Source: a bacterium
Lineage (GTDB): Bacteria; Patescibacteriota; JABMPQ01; JAUVWW01
Length of the DNA: 64,000 nucleotides
Direction of reading: 5' to 3'
Assembly (NCBI GenBank): GCA_030603885.1
Contig: JAUVWW010000002.1
Span: 21,991-85,990, forward strand
The notes beneath the pieces were generated by a model, which was given only the letters and a program-made list of their open reading frames with translations, did not search any database and had not been told where the DNA came from. The translations under genes were made by a program, and so were the position numbers. This document shows positions 1 to 9,683 of the stretch, piece by piece. Position 1 is the first letter of the stretch. The number at the start of each line of letters is the position of its first letter.

Positions 1-144
1 TCACTAATACTACTAATAAATTACGAATAGCCTTTGTCTAAACAAGGGCTATTTTTTATCCACAGTCTCGCTTTGACTAAATATATAAGAATGTATATAC
101 TTTAGAATGAAATCTTAATTCCACACGAAGGGAGGTGAATACAA

Positions 145-528
145 ATGCAAGAAGAAGTAAAACCAACACCACCTACACCAGAAGCTCCAACCCCACCACC
201 AGCTGCACCTGCGCCAGACCAAAAAGATATCGAGGAAAACAAAGGAATAGCTGTTCTTAGTTATATTGGAATTCTATGTCTGGTCCCTCTATTGGCTAAG
301 AAAGAAAGCAAATTTGCCCAGTATCATGCCAAGCAAGGTCTAGTGCTCTTCATTGGTGAAGTAATAATAGTTGTTATTAATGTTATTCCCATCCTGGGTC
401 AAATTATCTGGCTTTTAGGTTGGTTGTTCCTAGTAATTTTGAGTATTATTGGAATTATCAATGTGGTTCAGGGACAATATAAGGAAGTCCCTGTCTTGGG
501 AAAATTTGGCACCAAGTTTAAGTTCTAA
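145..528 (+). CDS. DUF4870-like small membrane protein (Pro-rich N-terminus, 2-3 TM helices)
   Basis: Complete ORF with a GGGAGG RBS 8 nt upstream. The motif LSYIGILCLVPLL..KES.F..HAKQGL.LFI and the hydrophobic C-half match the DUF4870 pattern as I recall it. Confidence 0.55.
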   Translation: MQEEVKPTPPTPEAPTPPPAAPAPDQKDIEENKGIAVLSYIGILCLVPLLAKKESKFAQYHAKQGLVLFIGEVIIVVINVIPILGQIIWLLGWLFLVILSIIGIINVVQGQYKEVPVLGKFGTKFKF

Positions 529-610
529 AATCACTAATCAGCACTAATTTTAAACACCAATTACGCTAATTATTAGTGCTATTAGTGTTAATTTAGTGAT
601 CTTTAGTGTT

Positions 611-2038
611 ATGAAAAGGACAAAGATTGTTTGTACAATTGGTCCTGCATCAACTAAAAAAACTACTTTAGAGAAGATGATTAAAGCCGGAATGGATGTT
701 GCCCGGCTTAATTTTTCTCATGGGACATACAAACATCATTCTCTATTAATCAGAAATGTTCGGGCAATAGCTAAAAAGATAGATAGGCCAGTGGCTATAT
801 TAGCCGATCTTCAAGGTCCAAGAGTGCGAGTAGGAGAATTACCAGAAAAAGGGATTAAATTAAAGGAGAGAAAAGAGGCAGTCCTGACTACCCAAACTGA
901 GAAAATGATCGATGATCGTATTCCTGTAACTTATAGAAATTTACACAAAGATGTAAAGAAAGGGGATGTAATTTTGTTAGACGATGGTCTTTTAGATGTG
1001 CGAGTAGAGAAAGTTAAAGGAAAAGATATTTTTTGTCGAGTAAAAACAGGTGGTAAGTTAACCTCGCATAAAGGTATAAACGTTCCTACTGCCACTCTCT
1101 CTATCCCTTCCATTACAAAAAAAGACAAGCAAGATCTCGAATTTGCTATAAAACATGATGCCGACTGGGTAGCTATGTCTTTTGTTAAAACTAAAGAGGA
1201 TATTTTATATTTGAAAAGATTAATAAAAAGATTAGAGAATAAATATAATATTAAAGAGTCAGCCAGAACAGTTGCCAAGATAGAAAAACACGAGGCAGTT
1301 AAAAATTTTGATAGCATTTTAGAAGTGGTAGATGGGGTGATGGTGGCCAGGGGAGATCTGGGAATAGAAACTCCAATAGAAGATGTTCCTTTGGTTCAAA
1401 AGATGATCATTCAAAAATGTTTAGCTAGGGCTAAACCAGTAATTACTGCTACCCAGATGCTTTTATCCATGGTGGAAAAACCAAGACCAACTCGGGCCGA
1501 GGTTTCTGATGTAGCTAATGCTGTCATTGATCATACAGATTGTGTTATGTTATCCCAAGAATCGGCTGTAGGAAAATATCCAGTTGAGACAGTTCGGACT
1601 ATGAGTGAGATTATTCAAGGTACAGAAGAATCGCCTTTTGACGATCTGATATTACGAAACCTAATTGGTCAAATTTTACCCATAGATACAGCTGTGTCCT
1701 CAGCCGCTACTAGGTTGGCTCGAGGTACAGAGGCTAAAGCCATTGTAGTAGCCACTATCTCGGGCTACACAGCTAGGATTGTCTCGCGCTACAGGCCAGA
1801 ACTTCCTATCTTTGTAACTTGTGCCTCAGAGAAAGTAAGACGGCAGTTAGCTATGTCTTGGGGAGTAATTCCTTATGTTATTCCTAAGTGTAAGACTGTA
1901 GACGAACTTATAGCTAAAGCAGTAAGAAAGGCAATTCAGAAAAAAGTGATTAAGAAAGGAGATAAAATCATCGTTATTGGTGGCCAACCAGTCGGAAAAG
2001 CAGGCAATGTAAATTTAGTAAAGATTCATCAGGTATGA
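611..2038 (+). CDS. pyk: pyruvate kinase
   Basis: MKRTKIVCTIGPAS N-terminus, the ..MVARGDLG.E.. catalytic region and C-terminal allosteric-domain motifs. The ORF track starts at 596; I chose the internal Met matching the canonical Pyk N-terminus. Confidence 0.9.
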   Translation: MKRTKIVCTIGPASTKKTTLEKMIKAGMDVARLNFSHGTYKHHSLLIRNVRAIAKKIDRPVAILADLQGPRVRVGELPEKGIKLKERKEAVLTTQTEKMIDDRIPVTYRNLHKDVKKGDVILLDDGLLDVRVEKVKGKDIFCRVKTGGKLTSHKGINVPTATLSIPSITKKDKQDLEFAIKHDADWVAMSFVKTKEDILYLKRLIKRLENKYNIKESARTVAKIEKHEAVKNFDSILEVVDGVMVARGDLGIETPIEDVPLVQKMIIQKCLARAKPVITATQMLLSMVEKPRPTRAEVSDVANAVIDHTDCVMLSQESAVGKYPVETVRTMSEIIQGTEESPFDDLILRNLIGQILPIDTAVSSAATRLARGTEAKAIVVATISGYTARIVSRYRPELPIFVTCASEKVRRQLAMSWGVIPYVIPKCKTVDELIAKAVRKAIQKKVIKKGDKIIVIGGQPVGKAGNVNLVKIHQV

Positions 2039-2487
2039 TCATTCTCTTTTGTGGCCTTCCTGGATCAGGAAAATCTACCCTAGCTAAAAAATTAACTAAG
2101 AAACTTAAAAAACTAGGAAGTCTAAAACTTATTATTTCAGATCAAATCTCGGGCAGAGTTTATAGAAAGATATTTAAGCAAGTAAAAGAAAATATAGAAA
2201 AGGTGGATTATTTAATTTTAGATGCCACCTTTTATAAAAAGAAATGGAGAGATAAGATTTATGCTTTGGCCAAAGGTAAGGTGTTTACTATTTATTTGGA
2301 ATGTGCTTTGGAAACTTGTCTAAGGAGAAACAAAAAGAGAAGACCATCCATTCCTGAGAAGGCCATCTATATTCTAAGAGCTCAGTTTGAAAAACCAAGA
2401 AAGCCAGATCTATTGATAAATACAGACAAAGTTAGCCCTCACAAAGCAATTCAAAAAATTCTTTTTAAGATTAAAATATTAAGATGA
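2035..2487 (+). CDS. P-loop NTPase, predicted small kinase (AAA_33-like)
   Basis: Walker A GLPGSGKST and a D-ATF Walker B-like segment. It overlaps pyk by 4 nt (ATGA) and the next gene by 4 nt. Confidence 0.5.
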   Translation: MIILFCGLPGSGKSTLAKKLTKKLKKLGSLKLIISDQISGRVYRKIFKQVKENIEKVDYLILDATFYKKKWRDKIYALAKGKVFTIYLECALETCLRRNKKRRPSIPEKAIYILRAQFEKPRKPDLLINTDKVSPHKAIQKILFKIKILR

Positions 2488-2891
2488 AAGAATTGCCCAA
2501 GATCGGAATTGGAGTAATTGTTATCAAAGGTAATAAAGTGTTATTGGGGAGGAGATTAAATGCTCATGGTGAAGGTACTTGGTCTTTTCCGGGAGGGCAT
2601 TTAGAGTTTAATGAGCAATTAGAAGATTGTGCCAAAAGAGAAACCCTTGAAGAAACAGACATTAAAATTAAAAATGTAGAATTTGCCACTATTACCAATG
2701 ATATATTTAAGAAAGAAGGTAAACATTATATAACGATTTATATGAGATCTGAGTATGATTCTGGAGAATTGAAAATTAAAGAGCCTGATAAATTTCAAGA
2801 GATTAATTGGTTTACTTGGAATAATCTGCCTTCGCCTTTATTTCTTCCAGTTCAAAATTTACTAAAACAAGGATATAACCCATTTAAATGA
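2484..2891 (+). CDS. NUDIX hydrolase
   Basis: Nudix box GGHLEFNEQLEDCAKRETLEETDI (GX5EX7REUXEEXGU). Confidence 0.75.
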   Translation: MKELPKIGIGVIVIKGNKVLLGRRLNAHGEGTWSFPGGHLEFNEQLEDCAKRETLEETDIKIKNVEFATITNDIFKKEGKHYITIYMRSEYDSGELKIKEPDKFQEINWFTWNNLPSPLFLPVQNLLKQGYNPFK

Positions 2892-5281
2892 CTAAGCAGA
2901 AAAAATTTATCCTTTGGTTTAATCAGGTTGGAATAAAAGACACCCTTCGAGTAGGTGGAAAAAATGCTTCTTTAGGAGAAATGTACAGAAAGCTAGTACC
3001 TAAGGGTATTAATATTCCTAATGGTTTTTGTGTCACTGCCGAAGCTTATCGGTATTTTTTGAAGAAAGCAGGAGTCTTGCCGGAACTTAAGAAAATTATG
3101 GCCGGGTTAGATACTACCAAAATGAAGAATCTTCTTGATGTAGGAGCCAGGGCAAGAGAAACAGTTTTGAAAGCTAAGCTACCTAAAGAACTAGAAGAGG
3201 CTATCCTAAAGGCTTATCGAAAGCTATGCCAGGAATATAAGACAGAAAATGTAGATGTAGCAGTTCGTTCATCTGCTACGGCTGAAGATCTTCCCAAAGC
3301 CTCCTTTGCAGGACAGTTTGAATCTTATCTAAATATTAGAGGAGAAAAAGCTCTCCTCGATGCTTGCAAAAAATGCTTTGTCTCTTTTTTCACTAATCGA
3401 GCCATATCTTACCGAGTAGATCAGGGATTTGAACATTTTAATATCTATTTGTGCCTTGGTATCCAAAAGATGGTCAGATCAGACAAGGCTTCATCTGGAG
3501 TGATATTTACTTGTGATACAGAAACAGGATTTCCCGATGTTGCTTTAATTAATGCTGGATATGGACTTGGGGAAAATATAGTTAAAGGGAGAATAAATCC
3601 AGATCAATATATTGTCTTTGAGCCTACTTTGAAAAAGGGTTTTAGGCCTATCATTAGCAAAGCCTTGGGAACTAAGAAGAAAAAGCTAATCTATGCCAAG
3701 GGCACAAAGACTACGCAAAATATAACAGTCTCTAAAAAAGATCAGAGAAGATTTGTTCTTGACGATGAAGAAATTCTAGCTTTAGCTAGATGGACCTGTG
3801 CTATTGAAGATCTCTACCAAAGACCACAAGATATTGAATGGGCTAAGGATGGTCTAGACGGAAAGCTATATATTGTTCAATCAAGGCCAGAGACAGTTCA
3901 TGCCCCTAAAATTCTAAGATTCTTGGAAGAGTATATTTTGCAAAAAAGAGGTAAAATTTTGTGTACTGGGAATGCTATTGGGACTAAGATAGGCCAGGGC
4001 AGAGCTAACATTATTGCAAATGTTAAAGATATTGGTCGATTTAAAAAGGGTGAAGTCTTAGTTACAGAAATGACTGACCCAGACTGGGAGCCGGTAATGA
4101 AAATGGCTCAGGCTATTGTTACTAATTCTGGAGGTCGTACCAGTCATGCTGCTATTATTTCTCGAGAGCTAGGAATTCCTTGTATTGTAGGAACAGGCAA
4201 TGCTACCAAAGTTATAAAACAAGGACAGAACATTACTATTTCTTGTGCCGAAGGAGAGCAAGGCTTTGTCTATTCTGGACTTTTACTTTTCAAGATTAAA
4301 AGAACAAATATTGGAAAGATCAAGCGGCCAAAGACTAAGATGATGATGAATATTGGTGATCCAAGTCTAGCTTTTTCTTACTCCTTTATTCCTTCAGATG
4401 GAGTTGGTCTAACTCGGGAAGAATTCATTATTTCTAATTATATTAAAATTCATCCCCAAGCTTTACTCTATCCTAAGAAAGTAAAAGACAAAAGAATTAA
4501 AAGACAAATTGACCAAATAACTTTAGGGTACAAAAATAAATCCCAATTTTTTATAGATAAACTAGCCGAGGGAATAGCTAGGCTTGCTTCTGCTTTCTAT
4601 CCCAAAGATGTCATTGTTAGATTTTCTGATTTTAAAACCAATGAATATGCCAATTTGATTGGTGGAAAATATTTTGAACCTAATGAAGAGAATCCTATGC
4701 TTGGCTGGAGAGGAGCAGCCAGGTACTATGATCCAAACTATAAAGAGGCTTTCGGTCTAGAATGCAAGGCCATTAAGAAAGTTAGAGAGGAGATGGGCCT
4801 AGATAATGTGATTGTCATGATTCCTTTTTGTCGGACAGTGGAAGAAGGACAAAAGGTGTTGGAGGTGATGAAAGAATATAACCTAAAAAGAAAGAAAAAT
4901 GGGCTTCAAGTTTATGTCATGTGTGAAATCCCTTCCAATGTTATTTTAGCTGAGGAATTTGCTCAAATCTTTGATGGCTTTTCTATTGGTTCCAATGACT
5001 TAACCCAGCTTACTGTGGGAATAGACAGAGACTCGGAACTAGTGAGCCATGTTTTTTCTGAAAGAAACCAGGCAGTAAAGAATTTAATTAGGCAGGTTAT
5101 TAAAACAGCCCACAGATACAAGAAAAAAGTAGGCATCTGTGGTCAAGCTCCTAGTGACTATATGGACTTTGCTGAGTTTCTAGTCGAGGCTGGGATAGAT
5201 TCTATGTCGTTGAGTCCGGATACAGTATTAAAGACTACTTTGGATATAATAAAGGCAGAGAAAAGACTAAGAAAAAGATAA
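2888..5281 (+). CDS. ppsA: phosphoenolpyruvate synthase (pyruvate, water dikinase)
   Basis: 797 aa. The N-terminal ATP-grasp-like PEP-utilizer region (GGK.ASLGEM), the central phospho-His domain (..GGRTSHAAIISRELGIPCIVG..) and the C-terminal PEP-binding TIM barrel are all present. Confidence 0.85.
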   Translation: MTKQKKFILWFNQVGIKDTLRVGGKNASLGEMYRKLVPKGINIPNGFCVTAEAYRYFLKKAGVLPELKKIMAGLDTTKMKNLLDVGARARETVLKAKLPKELEEAILKAYRKLCQEYKTENVDVAVRSSATAEDLPKASFAGQFESYLNIRGEKALLDACKKCFVSFFTNRAISYRVDQGFEHFNIYLCLGIQKMVRSDKASSGVIFTCDTETGFPDVALINAGYGLGENIVKGRINPDQYIVFEPTLKKGFRPIISKALGTKKKKLIYAKGTKTTQNITVSKKDQRRFVLDDEEILALARWTCAIEDLYQRPQDIEWAKDGLDGKLYIVQSRPETVHAPKILRFLEEYILQKRGKILCTGNAIGTKIGQGRANIIANVKDIGRFKKGEVLVTEMTDPDWEPVMKMAQAIVTNSGGRTSHAAIISRELGIPCIVGTGNATKVIKQGQNITISCAEGEQGFVYSGLLLFKIKRTNIGKIKRPKTKMMMNIGDPSLAFSYSFIPSDGVGLTREEFIISNYIKIHPQALLYPKKVKDKRIKRQIDQITLGYKNKSQFFIDKLAEGIARLASAFYPKDVIVRFSDFKTNEYANLIGGKYFEPNEENPMLGWRGAARYYDPNYKEAFGLECKAIKKVREEMGLDNVIVMIPFCRTVEEGQKVLEVMKEYNLKRKKNGLQVYVMCEIPSNVILAEEFAQIFDGFSIGSNDLTQLTVGIDRDSELVSHVFSERNQAVKNLIRQVIKTAHRYKKKVGICGQAPSDYMDFAEFLVEAGIDSMSLSPDTVLKTTLDIIKAEKRLRKR

Positions 5282-5296
5282 AATTTTTAGAGAGTC

Positions 5297-5325
5297 TTGA
5301 CTTTTAAAAATAGATAAATTATACT
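5297..5325 (+). promoter_or_regulatory. sigma70-like promoter candidate (TTGACT-17-TATACT)
   Basis: Read directly from sequence. It lies upstream of a mini-ORF and a small ORF. Confidence 0.3.
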
Positions 5326-5456
5326 AATCATATACATTAAAGACTATAGCTCTAACTGGCGCACTTGTTTAACCTAGAAGGAGGTAATATGATAAGAGGA
5401 CCTTGAATAGTATCCTTTTGGTTTAACCATTAAAATGAAACCGAAAGGAGAATTCA

Positions 5457-5633
5457 GTGGTATATGAAATAAAGTGGAAAAGAAATAGACACGATAGAGG
5501 ACAGACAACGATAAATGGAGATTGGGAGAAGGCTTGCCAGATGGTAGAAGAGAAGCTTAAAGAAGGATACAAAGTATGGGTGAATGGCAAAAGAAGAAAA
5601 TTAGAATTTGGGTCTATTTGCCCACCCCTCTAA
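5457..5633 (+). CDS. hypothetical small basic protein (58 aa, GTG start)
   Basis: AAAGGAG RBS 7 nt upstream of GTG. The frame is open to TAA at 5631-5633 and is followed by a terminator hairpin. Absent from the ORF track (too short / non-ATG start). No homology recognised. Confidence 0.25.
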   Translation: MVYEIKWKRNRHDRGQTTINGDWEKACQMVEEKLKEGYKVWVNGKRRKLEFGSICPPL

Positions 5634-5671
5634 TTGCCCACCCTCCAATCTAATCGTGTCTAAAAAGACTT

Positions 5672-5712
5672 GGCCGTCAGCTTTCATTTTTAGTTGACGG
5701 CCTCAATTTTTT
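5672..5712 (+). terminator. rho-independent terminator (8-bp GC stem GGCCGTCA/TGACGGCC + T-run)
   Basis: Hairpin with a following T-tract, seen in sequence. Confidence 0.5.
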
Positions 5713-5766
5713 AAATAAAATTGCCTCTAATTTTAAATAGAGTTATAATATAAAAATCAGAAACAT

Positions 5767-5854
5767 GGTGAGATGGCCGAGTGGTTTAAGGCGCAAGCTT
5801 GGAGAGCGTGTATACCGAGAGGTATCGTGGGTTCGAATCCCACTCTCACCGCCA
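5767..5854 (+). tRNA. tRNA-Ser (anticodon GGA, class II with long variable arm, CCA encoded)
   Basis: Manual fold gives a 7-bp acceptor stem (GGTGAGA/TCTCACC), a 3-bp D-stem, anticodon loop TTGGAGA, a 16-nt variable arm, and the T-arm GTGGG-TTCGAAT-CCCAC. The anticodon stem has one A.G mismatch. Confidence 0.75.
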
Positions 5855-5878
5855 ATTTGTCTCTCAACTATCCTAATT

Positions 5879-6184
5879 ATGAAATACAATAAACTTATCC
5901 GAGATAGGATCCCTGAAATCATTAAACAAAAAGGAAAAGTTCCCCTTACTCATATTGCTGATAATGGTGAGTATTGGCAAAAATTGAAAGAAAAACTTAA
6001 AGAAGAAGTTGATGAATTTTTAAAAAATGCTAATGAAGAAGAACTGGCTGATATTCTTGAAGTAATCTATGCCATTTGCCATTTTAAAAAGATTGACAAG
6101 AAAGAATTGGAACTTCAAAGAGTTAAGAAAGCTAAAGAAAGAGGCGGATTTAAAGAAAAAATAATTCTTAATGAAACGAAATAG
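5879..6184 (+). CDS. MazG-like nucleotide pyrophosphohydrolase (small all-alpha NTP-PPase)
   Basis: KLIRDRIPEII...EE.ADILEVIYAI pattern typical of the MazG/HisE-like family. The ORF track start at 5765 overlaps the tRNA; I chose the internal Met at 5879. Confidence 0.5.
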   Translation: MKYNKLIRDRIPEIIKQKGKVPLTHIADNGEYWQKLKEKLKEEVDEFLKNANEEELADILEVIYAICHFKKIDKKELELQRVKKAKERGGFKEKIILNETK

Positions 6185-6269
6185 TTATCTGGCTGCTACG
6201 TTATATTTAAAGAGCAATAATCCATCCCTTGCAGAAAGGGATTTTTAGTCTTATAATTAAAAGAAGCAT

Positions 6270-8087
6270 ATGTTGAATTCACCTATTGACCAAATTAAAT
6301 CAAAGATAGATATTGTAGAGCTTATTCAGGAATATATCCCCCTTAAAAAAGCAGGGGTAAATTATAAAGCCCTTTGTCCTTTTCATTCAGAAAAAACTCC
6401 TTCCTTTTTTGTTTCCCAGGATAAACAGATTTGGCATTGCTTTGGCTGTGGAAAAGGAGGAGGAATTTTTGACTTTGTCATGGAGATAGAAGGTATAGAA
6501 TTTGGAGATGCCTTGAGACTCCTGGCTAAAAAGGCGGGAGTGACTTTGAAGAGACAGGACAAAGCACTTCAGACAAAAAGAGCTAGACTAATTGCTATAT
6601 TAAACCTAGCTTCGAAATATTATCACCAAGCTCTAAAAGAAAGTAAAGCAGGAAAGACAGCTCGAGATTATCTTAAGAAAAGAAAAATAGATGATTTAAC
6701 TCGAGATCAATTTAGACTTGGTTTTGCTCCTAATCTTTGGCATGCTCTATCTGAGTTTTTGGAGAAAAAAGGATATAAACCAGAAGAAATTAGTGAAGCA
6801 GGCTTAACTGTAAAAAAAGAAGGAGAGGATTTTTATGACCGATTTAGAAATCGTTTGATCTTTCCTATTTGGGATGTGCATGGAAATGTGGTTGGCCTGG
6901 GAGGTCGTACCTTATCCAAAGATGAAAGTGTAGCCAAGTACATTAATACTCCTCAGACCCTAGTCTATGATAAAAGCAGAGTTTTATATGGCCTAGACAA
7001 AGCTAAAGCAGAAATTAGAAGAAAAAATCAAGCTATTATTGTTGAGGGATATACTGATGTAATCTCTTCCCATAGAATAGACGTAAGCAATGTCATTTCT
7101 TCCTCTGGAACTGCTTTAACCGAAGGCCAAATTCAACTAATCAAACGTTATACTCCTAATGTTGTTTTAGCTTTTGATATGGATCTGGCTGGTGATGAAG
7201 CCACTAGAAGAGGTATAGATTTAGCTATCTCCATGGGACTTGGCGTCAAAGTAGCTTCATTGCCTCAAAGCAAAGACCCGGATGAGTGTATTAAAAAAGA
7301 TCCAAAAATCTGGCTAAAGACAATAAAAAAAGCAAAACCTATTTTAGATTATTATTTTGATAGTGCTTTTTCAGACAAGGATATAAATGAAGTAGAAGAC
7401 AGAAAAGCAATATCCGCTGTTCTTTTACCTGTGATAGGGAGAATTCCTGATAAAGTAGAGCAGGCTTTCTATATCCAAAAATTGGCTAAAAAACTTGGAG
7501 TCTCAGAGGATGTGCTATCCGATGCTCTAAAAACCCAGCCAAGGATCAAGGAGCCTAGGTATAGAAAGGAGGAAACTATATCTAAAACTGAAGAAGTTTC
7601 TGAGATAGATATAGTAGGAGAGAGACTATTAGCCCTAGTTTTAGTCTTTCCTCAATATTTAAAGATCCTGGATCAAGTTAAAGAGAGTTATTTTAGCCCT
7701 AAACTATCCCCTCTTTACAAAAACCTAAAAAATTACTATAATATGAACAAAGTGAATATTTCAAGGTTCTGCGAAGCAGGTTCTTATAATAATAAAGGAG
7801 GGCTAGAATTGAACCAGTTTAAGAAAGAGCTGGCTAAGATTAGCAAAGATTTAGTAAAGAAAGTGGATATTCTAATATTATCAGCAGAGAGAGATTTTTC
7901 TGATACCAAAGATCAAGATACTCAAGAGGCTGCATCATGTGAGATTCAGGATTGTATAATAAGATTAAAGAAATTAAATCTTGAGAATCAACGAAAGAAA
8001 ATAGAAGAAGAAATGGCTGAAGCAGAAGAGGAAGGTGACAAAGTTAAAGTAGAAGCCCTAAGTAAAAAATTTGCTCAGTTGTCATAA
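6270..8087 (+). CDS. dnaG: DNA primase
   Basis: CHC2 zinc finger (CPFHSEKTPSF..WHCFGCG), Toprim domain (EGYTDV.. DMDLAGDEA), and the conserved dnaG-rpoD order. Confidence 0.9.
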   Translation: MLNSPIDQIKSKIDIVELIQEYIPLKKAGVNYKALCPFHSEKTPSFFVSQDKQIWHCFGCGKGGGIFDFVMEIEGIEFGDALRLLAKKAGVTLKRQDKALQTKRARLIAILNLASKYYHQALKESKAGKTARDYLKKRKIDDLTRDQFRLGFAPNLWHALSEFLEKKGYKPEEISEAGLTVKKEGEDFYDRFRNRLIFPIWDVHGNVVGLGGRTLSKDESVAKYINTPQTLVYDKSRVLYGLDKAKAEIRRKNQAIIVEGYTDVISSHRIDVSNVISSSGTALTEGQIQLIKRYTPNVVLAFDMDLAGDEATRRGIDLAISMGLGVKVASLPQSKDPDECIKKDPKIWLKTIKKAKPILDYYFDSAFSDKDINEVEDRKAISAVLLPVIGRIPDKVEQAFYIQKLAKKLGVSEDVLSDALKTQPRIKEPRYRKEETISKTEEVSEIDIVGERLLALVLVFPQYLKILDQVKESYFSPKLSPLYKNLKNYYNMNKVNISRFCEAGSYNNKGGLELNQFKKELAKISKDLVKKVDILILSAERDFSDTKDQDTQEAASCEIQDCIIRLKKLNLENQRKKIEEEMAEAEEEGDKVKVEALSKKFAQLS

Positions 8088-8121
8088 AAATTATTACAAT
8101 TGACAAAACGGTAATGTAAAC

Positions 8122-9483
8122 ATGGTTAAAAAACGTAAAACCAAAAAGCCAAAAAAAGCAAAAAAACCAGCCAGAAAGAAAAAAGCTAAGAGAAAGATTG
8201 TAAAAAGAAAAAAGGTGGCCCGTAAGCCTAGAAAGAGAGTTAAGAAAATTAGAAAAGTTAAAAGACGAGTCAAAAGAAAACCGCCTAAAAAGGTTAAAAG
8301 GAAAGTTAGAAGAAAACCCAAAAAAGTTAGAAAGGTCCGAAGAAAGCCTAGGGTAAGGAGGAAACCCAAGCGTAAGCCTAGAAGAAAGAGAGTAGTAAGG
8401 CGCAGAGTTGTTCTGAGGGTTAAACCAGAGTTAGATAAAGCCAAAATAAAATACTTGATTACCAAAGGAAGAGATCAAGGTTTTGTGACTGAAAATGAAA
8501 TTCTTTATGCTATTCCAGAGATAGAAGAGTATAAGGAGGAACTTGAGGATTTTATTGCAAGGCTAGATTCGGAAGGGGTACAGATAGTCAAGGCTAGAGA
8601 GAAGTTGCCTCCAGTAGAAGAGGAGATTCCTCCAAAAGAAAAACTTGATACCTTAGCTTTAACTACTGGCTCTGTTCAGGCTTATCTAAAAGAGATTGGT
8701 AAGGTTCCTTTACTTTCTTCCGAGGAAGAAGTTGAGTTGTCTAAAAGAAGGGAGAAAGGAGACAAAGAGTCTTTTAGAAAGCTCGTTGAGGCTAACCTTA
8801 GATTGGTAGTCTCTATAGCTAAGAGATACACTGGTAGAAATCTTTCTTTTTTGGATTTAATCCAAGAAGGGAACTTAGGCTTATTTAGAGCAGTTGAAAA
8901 ATTTGATTATAGAAGAGGATATAAGTTTTCTACCTATGCTACTTGGTGGATCAGACAAGCAGTCACTCGAGCTTTAGCAGATCAGTCACGAACTATTAGA
9001 ATTCCAGTGCATATGGTAGAGACAATTAATAAATTTACTCAGGCAGCAAGAAGACTGGTCCAGCAATTGGGCAGAGAACCCCTAGCTGAAGAAATTGCCG
9101 CTGAGATGAGCTTAGACGTTAAAAAAGCTCGACATATTATCAAGATTAATCAGGATACAGTATCTTTAGAAACCTCGGTAGGAAAAGAGGAAGGAGATTC
9201 AGTTTTAGGAGATTTTATCGAAGATATAAAGTCTATTTCCCCCGACCGAGCTGCTGCCCTACGTCTTCTTAGAGATCAGATAAAAGAAGTTCTAAAATAT
9301 CTTACTCCAAGAGAACAGAAGATTTTAGAGATGAGATTTGGTCTAGTGGATGGGGTAACTCATACTCTGGAAGAAGTAGGACAGGAATTTGGAGTCACCA
9401 GAGAAAGAATTAGACAAATTGAAGCTAAGGCTTTGGAGAAAATTAGAGAACATAGGCAAATTGTCAAATTAAAGGAATTTTAA
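8122..9483 (+). CDS. rpoD: RNA polymerase sigma-70 factor RpoD with a ~115-aa Lys/Arg-rich N-terminal extension
   Basis: Regions 1.2-4.2 are recognisable (region 2.4 [13 protein letters not shown]; region 4 [21 protein letters not shown]). The N-terminus is KKRK-type low complexity. Confidence 0.9.
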   Translation: MVKKRKTKKPKKAKKPARKKKAKRKIVKRKKVARKPRKRVKKIRKVKRRVKRKPPKKVKRKVRRKPKKVRKVRRKPRVRRKPKRKPRRKRVVRRRVVLRVKPELDKAKIKYLITKGRDQGFVTENEILYAIPEIEEYKEELEDFIARLDSEGVQIVKAREKLPPVEEEIPPKEKLDTLALTTGSVQAYLKEIGKVPLLSSEEEVELSKRREKGDKESFRKLVEANLRLVVSIAKRYTGRNLSFLDLIQEGNLGLFRAVEKFDYRRGYKFSTYATWWIRQAVTRALADQSRTIRIPVHMVETINKFTQAARRLVQQLGREPLAEEIAAEMSLDVKKARHIIKINQDTVSLETSVGKEEGDSVLGDFIEDIKSISPDRAAALRLLRDQIKEVLKYLTPREQKILEMRFGLVDGVTHTLEEVGQEFGVTRERIRQIEAKALEKIREHRQIVKLKEF

Positions 9484-9486
9484 CAT

Positions 9487-9558
9487 TCCCGGGTAGCTCA
9501 ATGGTAGAGCAACTGGCTGTTAACCAGTGGGTTGCCAGTTCGAGTCTGGCCCCGGGAG
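9487..9558 (+). tRNA. tRNA-Asn (anticodon GTT)
   Basis: Manual fold gives acceptor TCCCGGG/CCCGGGA, D-arm GCTC-AATGGTA-GAGC, anticodon stem ACTGG/CCAGT with loop CTGTTAA, and T-arm GCCAG-TTCGAGT-CTGGC. It starts 4 nt after the rpoD stop. Confidence 0.8.
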
Positions 9559-9605
9559 CTTTGCACGAAAGTCCGCACAAAAAGCGGGCTTTTGTGCTTT
9601 ATTTA
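9556..9605 (+). repeat. 50-bp element containing a terminator hairpin (GCACAAAA-loop-TTTTGTGC + TTTATTTA); copy 1 of 2
   Basis: 49/50 nt identical to 11566-11615. It begins in the last 3 nt of tRNA-Asn. Confidence 0.7.
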
Positions 9606-9683
9606 AAAGAAGTCCTTGTATTATTTTTTAGTGGCGGTATAATGAAAATGTGAAAATAACACTTGATTACTTGATTAAAAGAG

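Noticed and set aside
931-1317. 128-aa minus-strand ORF inside pyk
   Set aside because: Antisense to a well-supported conserved gene. The same reasoning applies to the other short antisense ORFs in the track (15651-15836, 16637-16909, 19551-19820, 21795-22037, 22616-22819, 23778-24041, 24598-24801, 28156-28380, 29815-30123, 29855-30040, 31547-31732, 32819-33037, 33371-33724, 35023-35325, 35356-35691, 36878-37096, 38954-39205, 39931-40188, 41195-41398, 44280-44465, 45963-46223, 51297-51536, 51854-52045, 52838-53035, 54695-54883, 56211-56447, 56934-57116, 57681-57959, 58110-58301, 63222-63419, 13632-13838).
8094-8465. 123-aa minus-strand ORF (FLLTF... low complexity)
   Set aside because: Antisense shadow of the Lys/Arg-rich coding repeat at the rpoD 5' end. 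No RBS or function.
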